Assembly: GCA_963753975.1 (NCBI GenBank)
Contig: CAVWEH010000002.1
Location: forward strand, 544,001 to 608,000
From: an uncultured delta proteobacterium
GTDB lineage: Bacteria > Desulfobacterota > Syntrophia > Syntrophales > Smithellaceae
DNA: 64,000 bases
Reading direction: 5' to 3'
The notes below the pieces were generated by a model. It was not told the origin of the DNA. It worked only from the letters and a program-made list of their open reading frames with translations, and made no database searches. The position numbers were made by a program, and so were the translations under genes. Positions 10,590-22,700 of the stretch are shown here, in pieces (the first letter of the stretch is position 1; each line of letters starts with the position of its first letter).

Positions 10590-11282
10590 TCACCTGAAAA
10601 ACGATTTAATGCTCTTGGCCAATGCTCCGGCAATTTCAACTTGCGTATCGGGGGAAAGCAATTTTTTTTTGTCTTCGGAATTAGTGGCAAATCCTATTTC
10701 CACAACTAAAGCCGGCACGGCTAAGCCGTCAATTATCGGCAGATCAGCTTCCCTCAATCCTCTGCTTTTTCGGGGAAATAAAGCATCTAAGTTCTTTTGA
10801 ATAAGATGGGACATTTTAACGGAATCATTGAGATATCTATTTTTTACCCGCCGCGCGCTAACATTAACCGCCGTTTTTTTTCCCGTTATATCCTTAAAAC
10901 CCGTATAATACAGCTCAAATCCGGACGCATTTTTACCAAATCCGGAGTTAATATGAATACTTAAAAAAAAGTCCGGTTTGATTTTTTCAACAATTTTTTT
11001 TCGCTCTTCCAGACTAAGCTCCCTGTCGGAATCGCGGGTTAAGATGATCTGCAAATTATTTTCTGGAGCAAGTTCTTTCTGCAGGGCTGAAGCAATAATA
11101 AGGGTAATATCTTTTTCGTCAACCTTATCTTTTATTCTGACGCCTGAGTCTTCCCCCCCATGTGACGGATCAATGACAACGACATGCTTTTCTCCTGCTG
11201 CCAATGCCGGTAGCGCCATCCCTAGAAAAAAAGCCGCTATTAAAATGCCTATCCGCGATATTATTTCGGACTTATAGAACAT
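10590..11282 (-). CDS. N-acetylmuramoyl-L-alanine amidase (Amidase_3)
   Basis: Signal peptide; IDPSHGGED, EKD, SIHIN, VEIGF. Confidence 0.88.
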   Translation of the reverse strand: MFYKSEIISRIGILIAAFFLGMALPALAAGEKHVVVIDPSHGGEDSGVRIKDKVDEKDITLIIASALQKELAPENNLQIILTRDSDRELSLEERKKIVEKIKPDFFLSIHINSGFGKNASGFELYYTGFKDITGKKTAVNVSARRVKNRYLNDSVKMSHLIQKNLDALFPRKSRGLREADLPIIDGLAVPALVVEIGFATNSEDKKKLLSPDTQVEIAGALAKSIKSFFR

Positions 11283-11308
11283 AATTTCACCTGTTTATTT
11301 TGCGCTTG

Positions 11309-11336
11309 CTTATAGCAGAGTAGATGTGTTTGTCAA
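11309..11336 (-). promoter_or_regulatory. Putative sigma70 promoter for amidase-rph-rdgB
   Basis: TTGACA-16 nt-TATAAG with TG extension. Confidence 0.5.
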
Positions 11337-11367
11337 CAGCCAATATGGCTATAGTTCTCCGATTTCG

Positions 11368-13512
11368 TTATTGACGCATCCGTTCAACGGATTTAACAAA
11401 TTTCAGTTGTCTGATTGCCGAAAATATTTGATTAAGCTGATGCAAATCATTTACCTCAATTATGAAATTGCAGGTGGCGATCATATCGATTGTTTCCACT
11501 TGCGCATAACTGATATTAATATCAAATGATGAAATGACGGAGCTCACCTCCGTCAAAACGCCTTTGCGATCACTGCAGACCACTCTGATATGAACGGGAT
11601 AAGCATGCTTCTCCTTCATGTTCCATTCCACATCCACAATTCTATCCGCATCCAATCTTTTCAGATGAGGGCAAATTTGCGTATGAACTGTAATGCCTCG
11701 TCCGCGTGAAATGTAGCCGGATATTTCATCACCGGGGATAGGATTACAGCACTTCGCAAACTTAACCATTACGTCATCAATGCCTGGCAGTGATATGCCC
11801 AGTGACTCTGAAGCGGCGGCTGTTTTTTTCTTTATCTGTTCTTTGGTCTGTTCGGGAGCGCTGACTGATCCTTCCGCCAAAAAATGATTGACCACCTGCC
11901 GGGGCGATACTTGCCCAAAACCGACCTGGGAGATTAAATCGTCCAGAGAATTTACCGAGTATTCGGCAAATACTTTTTTAATTTCCTCCGATTTAACATA
12001 ATTGCCGAATTTTAAATTATGCCTTTTAAATTCCTTTTCCAATAAATCGCGCCCCAGGGCGAGGCTGCTCTTTTTTTCTTCCGCGTTAATCCAATTTCTG
12101 ATTTTGGAAATTGCTCTGGAAGTTACCACATACTTCAACCAATCCTTGCTGGGGTGGTGCCCTGCCTGCGTTATTATTTCCACGCGGTCGCCGTTTTGTA
12201 GTTCATACCTCAAAGGAACAATGTTCCTATTGACCTTGGCGCCGATGCACTGATTCCCAACATCGGTATGAATGCTATAGGCAAAATCAATGGGGGTCGC
12301 CCCTTTGGGGAAAGATTTAACATCGCCATTAGGGGTAAAAACGTAAACTTCTTCCGGAAACAGAGCCAGTTTCAAATTGGACATGAACTCTTTCGGATTT
12401 TTTATCTCCTGCTGGATTTCCAGCACTTCTCTGAGTTTTTTAATTTGGTTTTCTTCATTATCTTTGTAGGCGCGTCCTTCTTTATAGCGCCAGTGAGCCG
12501 CGATGCCTTTTTCCGCCCATTCGTGCATCGCTCTTGTGCGTATTTGTATTTCCAGTCTTTCCCCGTAAGGACCGACAACCGTAGTGTGCAGCGACTGATA
12601 ATTATTTGCTTTCGGCATAGCAATGTAATCTTTGAATCGTCCGGGTACCGGCTTCCACAAAGAGTGCACGATACTAAGAGTCTCATAGCAGGACTTTTCT
12701 TTATCCGAATCAAGTATTATGCGAAAAGCGATCAGATCATAAACTTCGTCAAAATTTATGTGCTGTTCATGCATTTTTTTGTAAATGCCATAAAGATGCT
12801 TCGCTCTTCCTTCCACTTCTCCTTTGATATTGAATTTTTCCAGTTCGGCATAAATAATATTTTTCACTTCCTCGGTATATTTATTGCGCGATTCATTAGA
12901 TTTTGCCAGCCGCGTGGATAATTCGTTATATGCCTCGGGAGAAAGGTGCTGAAACGACAGATCTTCCAGCTCTGTTTTCATCCAGTTGATTCCCAGACGA
13001 TTGGCCAGAGGCGCATATATGTCAATCGTTTCCCTGGCGATATAGATCCTTTTATCCGGCGGTTGATATTGCAATGTTCTCATATTATGAATGCGGTCGG
13101 CCAGACGCACCAATAATATGCGAATATCGGAAGACATGGCTAGAATCATCTTACGGAAATTTTCCGCTTGTCTTTCCTCTTGAGACCCGAAAGAAATAAG
13201 ACTGAGCTTTGTTAACCCGTTGACCAGGAAAGCTACATCTTTGCCGAATTCGTTTTCTATTTGCGCCGTTGTGGTTAAAGTATCTTCCACCGCATCATGC
13301 AATAACCCGCTAATGATCGTCGCGGCATCCACTTTCATGTCCGCGAGAATTCCCGCCACTTCCATCGGATGGGTGAGATAGGGTTCGCCGGACAATCTTA
13401 CCTGTCCCTGATGCACCGTAGCCGAGTAGATGTAAGCTTTCTTGATCATCTCCAAGTCTTCCGGAGGCAAGTACGATTGGGTTTTATCGAGAATATCAGT
13501 GATGCGTAACAT
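11368..13512 (-). CDS. spoT: Bifunctional (p)ppGpp synthetase/hydrolase
   Basis: HD domain (LLHDAVED), RFKDYIA, YQSLHT, TGS and ACT domains. Confidence 0.95.
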   Translation of the reverse strand: MLRITDILDKTQSYLPPEDLEMIKKAYIYSATVHQGQVRLSGEPYLTHPMEVAGILADMKVDAATIISGLLHDAVEDTLTTTAQIENEFGKDVAFLVNGLTKLSLISFGSQEERQAENFRKMILAMSSDIRILLVRLADRIHNMRTLQYQPPDKRIYIARETIDIYAPLANRLGINWMKTELEDLSFQHLSPEAYNELSTRLAKSNESRNKYTEEVKNIIYAELEKFNIKGEVEGRAKHLYGIYKKMHEQHINFDEVYDLIAFRIILDSDKEKSCYETLSIVHSLWKPVPGRFKDYIAMPKANNYQSLHTTVVGPYGERLEIQIRTRAMHEWAEKGIAAHWRYKEGRAYKDNEENQIKKLREVLEIQQEIKNPKEFMSNLKLALFPEEVYVFTPNGDVKSFPKGATPIDFAYSIHTDVGNQCIGAKVNRNIVPLRYELQNGDRVEIITQAGHHPSKDWLKYVVTSRAISKIRNWINAEEKKSSLALGRDLLEKEFKRHNLKFGNYVKSEEIKKVFAEYSVNSLDDLISQVGFGQVSPRQVVNHFLAEGSVSAPEQTKEQIKKKTAAASESLGISLPGIDDVMVKFAKCCNPIPGDEISGYISRGRGITVHTQICPHLKRLDADRIVDVEWNMKEKHAYPVHIRVVCSDRKGVLTEVSSVISSFDINISYAQVETIDMIATCNFIIEVNDLHQLNQIFSAIRQLKFVKSVERMRQ

Positions 13513-13540
13513 TAAAGTTCCCAGCTAAATTGACTTGCGG

Positions 13541-15268
13541 CTATAACAAGCCTGCCTTTAATGATTCAGCGATAAATGCTTTCACTTCCTGAATAATCTT
13601 TGGCAGCGGATACAGTTTATTTTCACCGGTTTTTCTGATTTTCAATTCCACATTCCCATCAGCCAGGTTCTTCTGTCCGACGGTAATTCTCAGGGGAATC
13701 CCGATTAAATCGGCATCCTTGAACTTTACGCCGGCTCTTTCATCCCGGTCATCGAAAATAACCTCCATTCCCTCGGCCAACATTGAAATATAAAGATTTT
13801 CTGCAGCCGCGAAGATATTTTTTTCGTTCACATTCACCGGGGTAATAATTACATGATATGGCGCCAAAGGCATAGGCCAGATAATCCCATCTTTATCGTT
13901 ATTTTGTTCGATGCAGGCGGCAACTGTTCGGCCAATGCCGATTCCGTAGCAACCCATAATCATGATTTTTTCCTGGCCGTCTTTATCCAAATACGCTGCC
14001 TTCATCGCTTGACTGTATTTTGTGCCTAGTTCAAAGACATGGCCTACTTCAATGCCCCGCGCGAATTGGATATTGCCGCCGCAGCGAGGGCAGAAATCAT
14101 TTTTTTCCACGACACGCAAGTCGGCGAAATCTTCGATATTAAAATCCCTGTCCATATTGACATTCTTCAGATGATAATTTTCCTTATTGGCGCCCATGAC
14201 AAAATTGACCATATTCATTATAGAATAATCGGCAATCACCCGCGCCTTAATTTTGACGGCGCCGGCAAATCCCCGCGGTGCGCCTGTCGCTTTTTTAATC
14301 AGTTCATCATCGGCCAGTTCCAGTTCGGTCGCGCCCAGATAGTTTTTTACCTTGATTTCATTTACTTCCTGATCACCCCGGATAAGCACGGCGCAAGGCA
14401 CGCCGTCGGCACTGAAAATCAATGTTTTTACAATCTCTTGAGGTCTAACATTCAAAAACGAGCTGACTTCTTCGATTGTCCGCACGTTTGGTGTATGAAC
14501 ATTTTGCAACGGCAACCAATCTTTTTTAGTCGTCTTTTCCTTTTTCGGCGGCGCTACTTCAGCTTTTTCCAAGTTAGCCGCATATGTGCATTTTTCACAA
14601 AACACCATGGCATCCTCACCGGATTCAGCCATAACCATAAATTCATGCGAATATTTACCACCGATACTGCCGGAATCCGCTTCCACCGAACGGAATATCA
14701 GCCCGCAGCGGCGGAAAATATTATTATAAGCGGCAAACATCTTTTCATAACTTATTCGGGCGCCCTCTTCATCGGCATCAAAACTGTAAGCGTCCTTCAT
14801 GCCGAATTCCCGGCACCGCATTACACCAAAGCGCGGACGCATTTCATCACGGAATTTTGTCTGAATTTGATAAAGATTACGGGGTAACTGACGATACGTT
14901 TTCACGTCATTGCGGACTAAATCAGTAATTACCTCTTCGTGAGTCGGCCCCAGGCAATACTCCCGTTCATGACGGTCGCGAAATCTTAAAAGCTCCTTAC
15001 CATAATGTATCCACCTGCCTGATTCCTGCCAAAGCTCCGCTGGTTGCACCATCGGCAGATAAACCTCCTCTGCTCCGGCCTTATTCATTTCCTCCCGCAC
15101 AATTTGCTCTACCTTGCGAATAACACGATAGCCCAGAGGCAAATATGAATATATGCCGCTGGTTAATTTTCTGATCATCCCGGCCCTAATCATTAATTGA
15201 TGGCTGATAACCTCAGCATCGGAAGGAACTTCTCTTCCCGTGGGCAAATGCATTTCCGAATAGCGCAT
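13541..15268 (-). CDS. proS: Proline--tRNA ligase
   Basis: LGPTHEE, RPRFG, GIEVGHVF, MGCYGIG, DADLIG. Confidence 0.97.
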   Translation of the reverse strand: MRYSEMHLPTGREVPSDAEVISHQLMIRAGMIRKLTSGIYSYLPLGYRVIRKVEQIVREEMNKAGAEEVYLPMVQPAELWQESGRWIHYGKELLRFRDRHEREYCLGPTHEEVITDLVRNDVKTYRQLPRNLYQIQTKFRDEMRPRFGVMRCREFGMKDAYSFDADEEGARISYEKMFAAYNNIFRRCGLIFRSVEADSGSIGGKYSHEFMVMAESGEDAMVFCEKCTYAANLEKAEVAPPKKEKTTKKDWLPLQNVHTPNVRTIEEVSSFLNVRPQEIVKTLIFSADGVPCAVLIRGDQEVNEIKVKNYLGATELELADDELIKKATGAPRGFAGAVKIKARVIADYSIMNMVNFVMGANKENYHLKNVNMDRDFNIEDFADLRVVEKNDFCPRCGGNIQFARGIEVGHVFELGTKYSQAMKAAYLDKDGQEKIMIMGCYGIGIGRTVAACIEQNNDKDGIIWPMPLAPYHVIITPVNVNEKNIFAAAENLYISMLAEGMEVIFDDRDERAGVKFKDADLIGIPLRITVGQKNLADGNVELKIRKTGENKLYPLPKIIQEVKAFIAESLKAGLL

Positions 15269-16354
15269 TAAACCTCCTTTTCCCCCTCAAGCATCGAATT
15301 TATCTCTTCCAATAAAACCGGCACAAAGTTTTTTTCGGCGATTTTTTTTGTGGCTTTACCCTTTTTAAAAAGCATGCCGGAACCACGGCCTCCGGCAATA
15401 CCGATATCCGCATCGGCCGCCTCACCCGGACCATTGACAACACAGCCCATCAAGGCAACTTTCAAATATTCTTTCTTTCCGCTGAGTGCTTTTTCTATTT
15501 TTTTAGTCAACGCCGGAAGATCGATTTGACAACGTCCGCAAGTAGGGCAGGAAACAATTTCCGGCCCGACCATTCTAATTCTCAATGCGCGCAAAATGCT
15601 GTAAGCCACAGGAATCTCCGCAAGAGGATTGCCGGTCACGGAAACTCGAATTGTATCGCCAATGCCTGCATAAAGAAGCGTCCCTATGCCCAGTGCTGAT
15701 TTTATCGCGGCATCAACCAAAGTTCCGGCCTCCGTCACACCCAAGTGCAGCGGATAATCAGTTTTAGCCGCGATTAGGCGGTATGCTTCAATCATCGTCA
15801 GAACATCCGATGATTTAAGCGATAATTTAATTAAGTCAAATCCTTCATCCTCAAAAATCTCAATATTTCTTAAAGCACTGGCAACGAGGGCTTCCGGAAC
15901 CGGACCGCCATATTTCTTGGCCAAATCTTTCTCGAGCGAACCGGCGTTGACGCCTAGGCGAATAACAGTCCTCCGTTCTTTTGCCGTTTTTACGATCTCG
16001 CGGATCTTATTCTTTATCAATATTACCGGGATTAATTCTTATGCCATCCGCCCCCAGCTTCATGGCATCGAGTGCCAACTGATAATGGAAGTGGATGTCG
16101 GCAATGAGCGGCAGGCGTATCCTTTTTTTGATTTCCGGAATTGCCATGACGGCATTATGATCAGGCACGGCAATACGGACAATTTCGCAGCCGGCTTCCG
16201 CGAGTGCGTTTATTTGGGCAGACGTGGCTTTTACGTCACGGGTATCCGTATTAGTCATGGATTGCACCACCACAGGTGCGTCTCCGCCTATCGGCACACC
16301 TCCAAGATTAATTATTCTTGCTTTTCTCCTCTTGATTGATGATGAGTGCTCCAC
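15268..16354 (-). pseudogene. ispG: HMBPP synthase IspG, split by a +1 frameshift near 16013-16016 (probably a sequencing error)
   Basis: VQSMTNT, ADIHF, RINPGNI in ORF 16007..16354; GVNAGSL, CPTCGR, GCVVNGPGE in ORF 15268..16020. Confidence 0.92.
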
Positions 16355-16681
16355 TTGGCGCCAGCTTTCTACGATTTTTTATATTTAAATTTATAACATG
16401 CGAATTGATCTTCGGCAATGGCTAATTTGATTGGAAAACTGCCAAGGCAATAATATCGTTAAAATAATAAATGTTGGCATAACACCTAAAAGCGGGGTCT
16501 CATTTTGCCAATATTTCTTGAATAATTTCTCTTTTGAGCGTTGTATTTGCTCTTCGGTATACTCTCACTAATTCTTTCAAATAGGCAAAGCAACCATCCA
16601 GAGAATTTGTTGTATTGGGAATATTGAATTCCGGATATTTCTGGTAGGTAAACAGATAAAGCCAAGTCAAATCTACAAAAT

Positions 16682-16721
16682 GAAGAGGGGCTGCCTGTAT
16701 CAGTACAAGCAGCCCCTCTTC
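16682..16721 (-). terminator. Hairpin downstream of the RTX gene
   Basis: GAAGAGGGGCTGC...GCAGCCCCTCTTC 13-bp inverted repeat. Confidence 0.65.
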
Positions 16722-16765
16722 TCAAATAGCCTTCACGAGTTCTAATACCACTATGCTGTTAAATT

Positions 16766-19700
16766 TTACTTCCAGCTCTGCGCCAGGATATTCTGGTATT
16801 GCTGGTCATTCATCATCGCCGTGTATTTCTGCAGGACGTCCATACCGGAATCATTGTTGATTGCGCTCATTGTGTTCACGATGGTTTCGATATCCTGCCG
16901 GGTGATGTAATGACCATCCGTAACTTCCAGTCTTTCAATTCCATAATTTGTCTGTTGGAATTCCCCAGCTATCTTCATGTAGTTATTGGCATCGATAAAT
17001 ACATAAAGATCGTTGTTTTGCTTGACTAGAACCGGCTCGGTCGTGGTTATTCCGTCAGTAAGCTTGAGATTATCTATATCGCCGCTCACGCCGGCAGTTT
17101 CATTGAGTGTATCCTGTCCATCTGTTCTGCGGAAAAGATACGTATCACTGCCGTTGCCGCCGGCCAGTATGTCGTTACCGGCACCGCCATCGAGTGTATC
17201 ATTGCCATACTGGCCAGAAAGAGTGTCGTTGCCATCCCCCCCAAGCAAGGTACTGTTGCCGTAGTAACCCGCTGTCAAAACGTCATCACCAGAACCACCA
17301 TCCAATATATCGTTGCCATACCAGCCACCTCTTAAAGTGTCGTTACCATCCCCGCCAAGCAAGGTACTGTTGCCGTAGTAACCCGCCGTCAAAACATCAT
17401 TCCCAGAACCACCATCCAATATATCGTTACCGTAGGTGCCGCCAGTTATTGTGTCGTTGCCACCTAAACCATAAATGGTATTGTTATGATCATAAACCGC
17501 CACCCCTGTAAGATTGTCATTCCCTTCTGTACCCGTAATGGGCAAAATCTCCGCCCTGCCGCCTATATCTGCAGCCGTCAGTACCGTACCATCGGCAAAA
17601 CGAAAATTGTCCACCTGATAATACCCAGAACTAAACCAGTTCTTTACAGTTAATGTCTCCCCCGTATCCTTGATCCGCAAAACAAGATCGCCGCCCGCAT
17701 TGAGGCCATAACCAATGTAATCAAAAGAATCAACCGTCAACCCCTCCCCAAACTGAACAGTGTCCGTACCGTTATAACTATTATTATCACGCTGGATAAT
17801 GTCATTGCCGGAACCTCTCCCATAGATGAACTTGTCGTCACCGCGACCGCCGTATAAATAGTCGTTACCGGCACCGCCATCGAGTGTATCATTGCCATAC
17901 TGGCCAGAAAGAGTGTCGTTGCCATCCCCCCCAAGCAAGGTACTGTTGCCGTAGTAACCCGCTGTCAAAACGTCATCACCAGAACCACCATCCAATATAT
18001 CGTTGCCATACCAGCCACCTCTTAAAGTGTCGTTACCATCCCCGCCAAGCAAGGTACTGTTGCCGTAGTAACCCGCCGTCAAAACATCATTCCCAGAACC
18101 ACCATCCAATATATCGTTACCGTAGGTGCCGCCAGTTATTGTGTCGTTGCCACCTAAACCATAAATGGTATTGTTATGATCATAAACCGCCACCCCTGTA
18201 AGATTGTCATTCCCTTCTGTACCCGTAATGGGCAAAATCTCCGCCCTGCCGCCTATATCTGCAGCCGTCAGTACCGTACCATCGGCAAAACGAAAATTGT
18301 CCACCTGATAATACCCAGAACTAAACCAGTTCTTTACAGTTAATGTCTCCCCCGTATCCTTGATCCGCAAAACAAGATCGCCGCCCGCATTGAGGCCATA
18401 ACCAATGTAATCAAAAGAATCAACCGTCAACCCCTCCCCAAACTGAACAGTGTCCGTACCGTTATAACTATTATTATCACGCTGGATAATGTCATTGCCG
18501 GAACCTCTCCCATAGATGAACTTGTCGTCACCGCGACCGCCGTATAAATAGTCGTTACCGGCACCGCCATCGAGTGTATCATTGCCATACTGGCCAGAAA
18601 GAGTGTCGTTGCCATCCCCCCCAAGCAAGGTACTGTTGCCGTAGTAACCCGCTGTCAAAACGTCATCACCAGAACCACCATCCAATATATCGTTGCCATA
18701 CCAGCCACCTCTTAAAGTGTCGTTACCATCCCCGCCAAGCAAGGTACTGTTGCCGTAGTAACCCGCCGTCAAAACATCATTCCCAGAACCACCATCCAAT
18801 ATATCGTTACCGTAGGTGCCGCCAGTTATTGTGTCGTTGCCACCTAAACCATAAATGGTATTGTTATGATCATAAACCGCCACCCCTGTAAGATTGTCAT
18901 TCCCTTCTGTACCCGTAATGGGCAAAATCTCCGCCCTGCCGCCTATATCTGCAGCCGTCAGTACCGTACCATCGGCAAAACGAAAATTGTCCACCTGATA
19001 ATACCCAGAACTAAACCAGTTCTTTACAGTTAATGTCTCCCCCGTATCCTTGATCCGCAAAACAAGATCGCCGCCCGCATTGAGGCCATAACCAATGTAA
19101 TCAAAAGAATCAACCGTCAACCCCTCCCCAAACTGAACAGTGTCCGTACCGTTATAACTATTATTATCACGCTGGATAATGTCATTGCCGGAACCTCTCC
19201 CATAGATGAACTTGTCGTCACCGCGACCGCCGTATAAATAGTCGTTACCGGCACCGCCATCGAGTGTATCATTGCCATACTGGCCAGAAAGAGTGTCGTT
19301 GCCATCCCCCCCAAGCAAGGTACTGTTGCCGTAGTAACCCGCTGTCAAAACGTCATCACCAGAACCACCATCCAATATATCGTTGCCATACCAGCCACCT
19401 CTTAAAGTGTCGTTACCATCCCCGCCAAGCAAGGTACTGTTGCCGTAGTAACCCGCCGTCAAAACATCATTCCCAGAACCACCATCCAATATATCGTTAC
19501 CGTAGGTGCCGCCAGTTATTGTGTCGTTGCCACCTAAACCATAAATGGTATTGTTATGATCATAAACCGCCACCCCTGTAAGATTGTCATTCCCTTCTGT
19601 ACCCGTAATGGGCAAAATCTCCGCCCTGCCGCCTATATCTGCAGCCGTCAGTACCGTACCATCGGCAAAACGAAAATTGTCCACCTGATAATACCCAGAA

Positions 19701-22700
19701 CTAAACCAGTTCTTTACAGTTAATGTCTCCCCCGTATCCTTGATCCGCAAAACAAGATCGCCGCCCGCATTGAGGCCATAACCAATGTAATCAAAAGAAT
19801 CAACCGTCAACCCCTCCCCAAACTGAACAGTGTCCGTACCGTTATAACTATTATTATCACGCTGGATAATGTCATTGCCGGAACCTCTCCCATAGATGAA
19901 CTTGTCGTCACCGCGACCGCCGTATAAATAGTCGTTACCGGCACCGCCATCGAGTGTATCATTGCCATACTGGCCAGAAAGAGTGTCGTTGCCATCCCCC
20001 CCAAGCAAGGTACTGTTGCCGTAGTAACCCGCTGTCAAAACGTCATCACCAGAACCACCATCCAATATATCGTTGCCATACCAGCCACCTCTTAAAGTGT
20101 CGTTACCATCCCCGCCAAGCAAGGTACTGTTGCCGTAGTAACCCGCCGTCAAAACATCATTCCCAGAACCACCATCCAATATATCGTTACCGTAGGTGCC
20201 GCCAGTTATTGTGTCGTTGCCACCTAAACCATAAATGGTATTGTTATGATCATAAACCGCCACCCCTGTAAGATTGTCATTCCCTTCTGTACCCGTAATG
20301 GGCAAAATCTCCGCCCTGCCGCCTATATCTGCAGCCGTCAGTACCGTACCATCGGCAAAACGAAAATTGTCCACCTGATAATACCCAGAACTAAACCAGT
20401 TCTTTACAGTTAATGTCTCCCCCGTATCCTTGATCCGCAAAACAAGATCGCCGCCCGCATTGAGGCCATAACCAATGTAATCAAAAGAATCAACCGTCAA
20501 CCCCTCCCCAAACTGAACAGTGTCCGTACCGTTATAACTATTATTATCACGCTGGATAATGTCATTGCCGGAACCTCTCCCATAGATGAACTTGTCGTCA
20601 CCGCGACCGCCGTATAAATAGTCGTTACCGGCACCGCCATCGAGTGTATCATTGCCATACTGGCCAGAAAGAGTGTCGTTGCCATCCCCCCCAAGCAAGG
20701 TACTGTTGCCGTAGTAACCCGCTGTCAAAACGTCATCACCAGAACCACCATCCAATATATCGTTGCCATACCAGCCACCTCTTAAAGTGTCGTTACCATC
20801 CCCGCCAAGCAAGGTACTGTTGCCGTAGTAACCCGCCGTCAAAACATCATTCCCAGAACCACCATCCAATATATCGTTACCGTAGGTGCCGCCAGTTATT
20901 GTGTCGTTGCCACCTAAACCATAAATGGTATTGTTATGATCATAAACCGCCACCCCTGTAAGATTGTCATTCCCTTCTGTACCCGTAATGGGCAAAATCT
21001 CCGCCCTGCCGCCTATATCTGCAGCCGTCAGTACCGTACCATCGGCAAAACGAAAATTGTCCACCTGATAATACCCAGAACTAAACCAGTTCTTTACAGT
21101 TAATGTCTCCCCCGTATCCTTGATCCGCAAAACAAGATCGCCGCCCGCATTGAGGCCATAACCAATGTAATCAAAAGAATCAACCGTCAACCCCTCCCCA
21201 AACTGAACAGTGTCCGTACCGTTATAACTATTATTATCACGCTGGATAATGTCATTGCCGGAACCTCTCCCATAGATGAACTTGTCGTCACCGCGACCGC
21301 CGTATAAATAGTCGTTACCGGCACCGCCATCGAGTGTATCATTGCCATACCTGCCATAAAGACTGTCATTGCCCGATCCGCCAATAAGCGTATTGCTGCC
21401 GTTGTAACTCGCCGTAATAACATCATCGCCGGAACCGCCATCCAGCATATCGCTGCCGTTATAACCACCAGTAAGGGTGTCGTTGCCATCACCGCCTAGC
21501 AATATATTGCTATGAGCAGCACCGCCATACCAACCCGCTGTCAAAACATCATTCCCAGAACCACCATCAATGATGTCATTACCGTTGCCGCCAGTTATTG
21601 TGTCGTTGCCGCCTAATCCGTAAACTGTGTTGTTCATATACGAAACCACGGCCGAGGAAAGATTGTCATCTCCTTCAGTCCCCATAATGGGAAGCATCTC
21701 CGTCCGGGCATTTACATCAGCAGCAGTCAGTTCACTGCCGTCGGCAAAATGAAACTTGTCCACTTGATATTCCCAATTAGTAAACCAGTTCTTGATCGTT
21801 AAGGTCTCTCCGGTATCCTTGATCCGCAGGATAAGATCGCCTCCCTCATTGAGGCCATAACCAATGTAATCAAAGGAATCAGCCGTCAGACCTTCACCGA
21901 ACTGCACCGTGTCCGTACCGTTGGGATTGGAATAGTAGCTGTAATCACGCTGGATAATGTCATTGCCGGAACCTCTCCCGTATATAAATGTATCGTTACC
22001 TCCACCGCCGTATAAATAGTCATCGCCCAAACCGCCATCTAGCGTGTCGTTGCCATACCTGCCATAAAGACTGTCATTGCCCGATCCGCCAATAAGCGTA
22101 TTGCTGCCGTTGTAACTCGCCGTAATAACATCATCGCCGGAACCGCCATCCAGCATATCGCTGCCGTTATAACCACCAGTAAGGGTGTCGTTGCCATCAC
22201 CGCCTAGCAATATATTGCTATGAGCAGCACCGCCATACCAACCCGCTGTCAAAACATCATTCCCAGAACCACCATAAAGAATGTCGTTGCCATCACCGCC
22301 CGACAAACTATCGTTACCGGCACCACCAGCGATAGCATCATCATTAGCAGTACCATTTAGTGAAACGTTGCCTGTACCACCAACAATCATATTTTTATCG
22401 AAGGAATTGACAATGAAATACGTTTCCTCGTCAGCCCCGGAAAGCATGTTGTTTCGGAAACTTTCATAATTCAAGTCGGCGCTGTTTTCGGCGTTGAGTC
22501 CACCAAGAGACCGGACAAATTCTGCCAGGGTAAACTTCCCTGTTATTGGATCTGTAGCAATACGCTGCTGGAAATCTGCGGCAACGGTACTTAGATCACC
22601 TTTAATGCTCTGAGTGCTTTCGTCCCAACTATACGTAATTTCATCAAAAAATCCCTTTAGATGGGTTTGCATCATTAGCTCGCCATAAAACATATCAAAC

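Noticed and set aside
16486..16725. 79-aa ORF downstream of the RTX gene
   Set aside because: Starts inside the terminator hairpin, with no RBS or recognisable motif
17107..21492. Repeated 105-aa His/Cys-rich (+) and 65-aa (-) ORFs
   Set aside because: Antisense or off-frame shadows of the 690-bp RTX repeats
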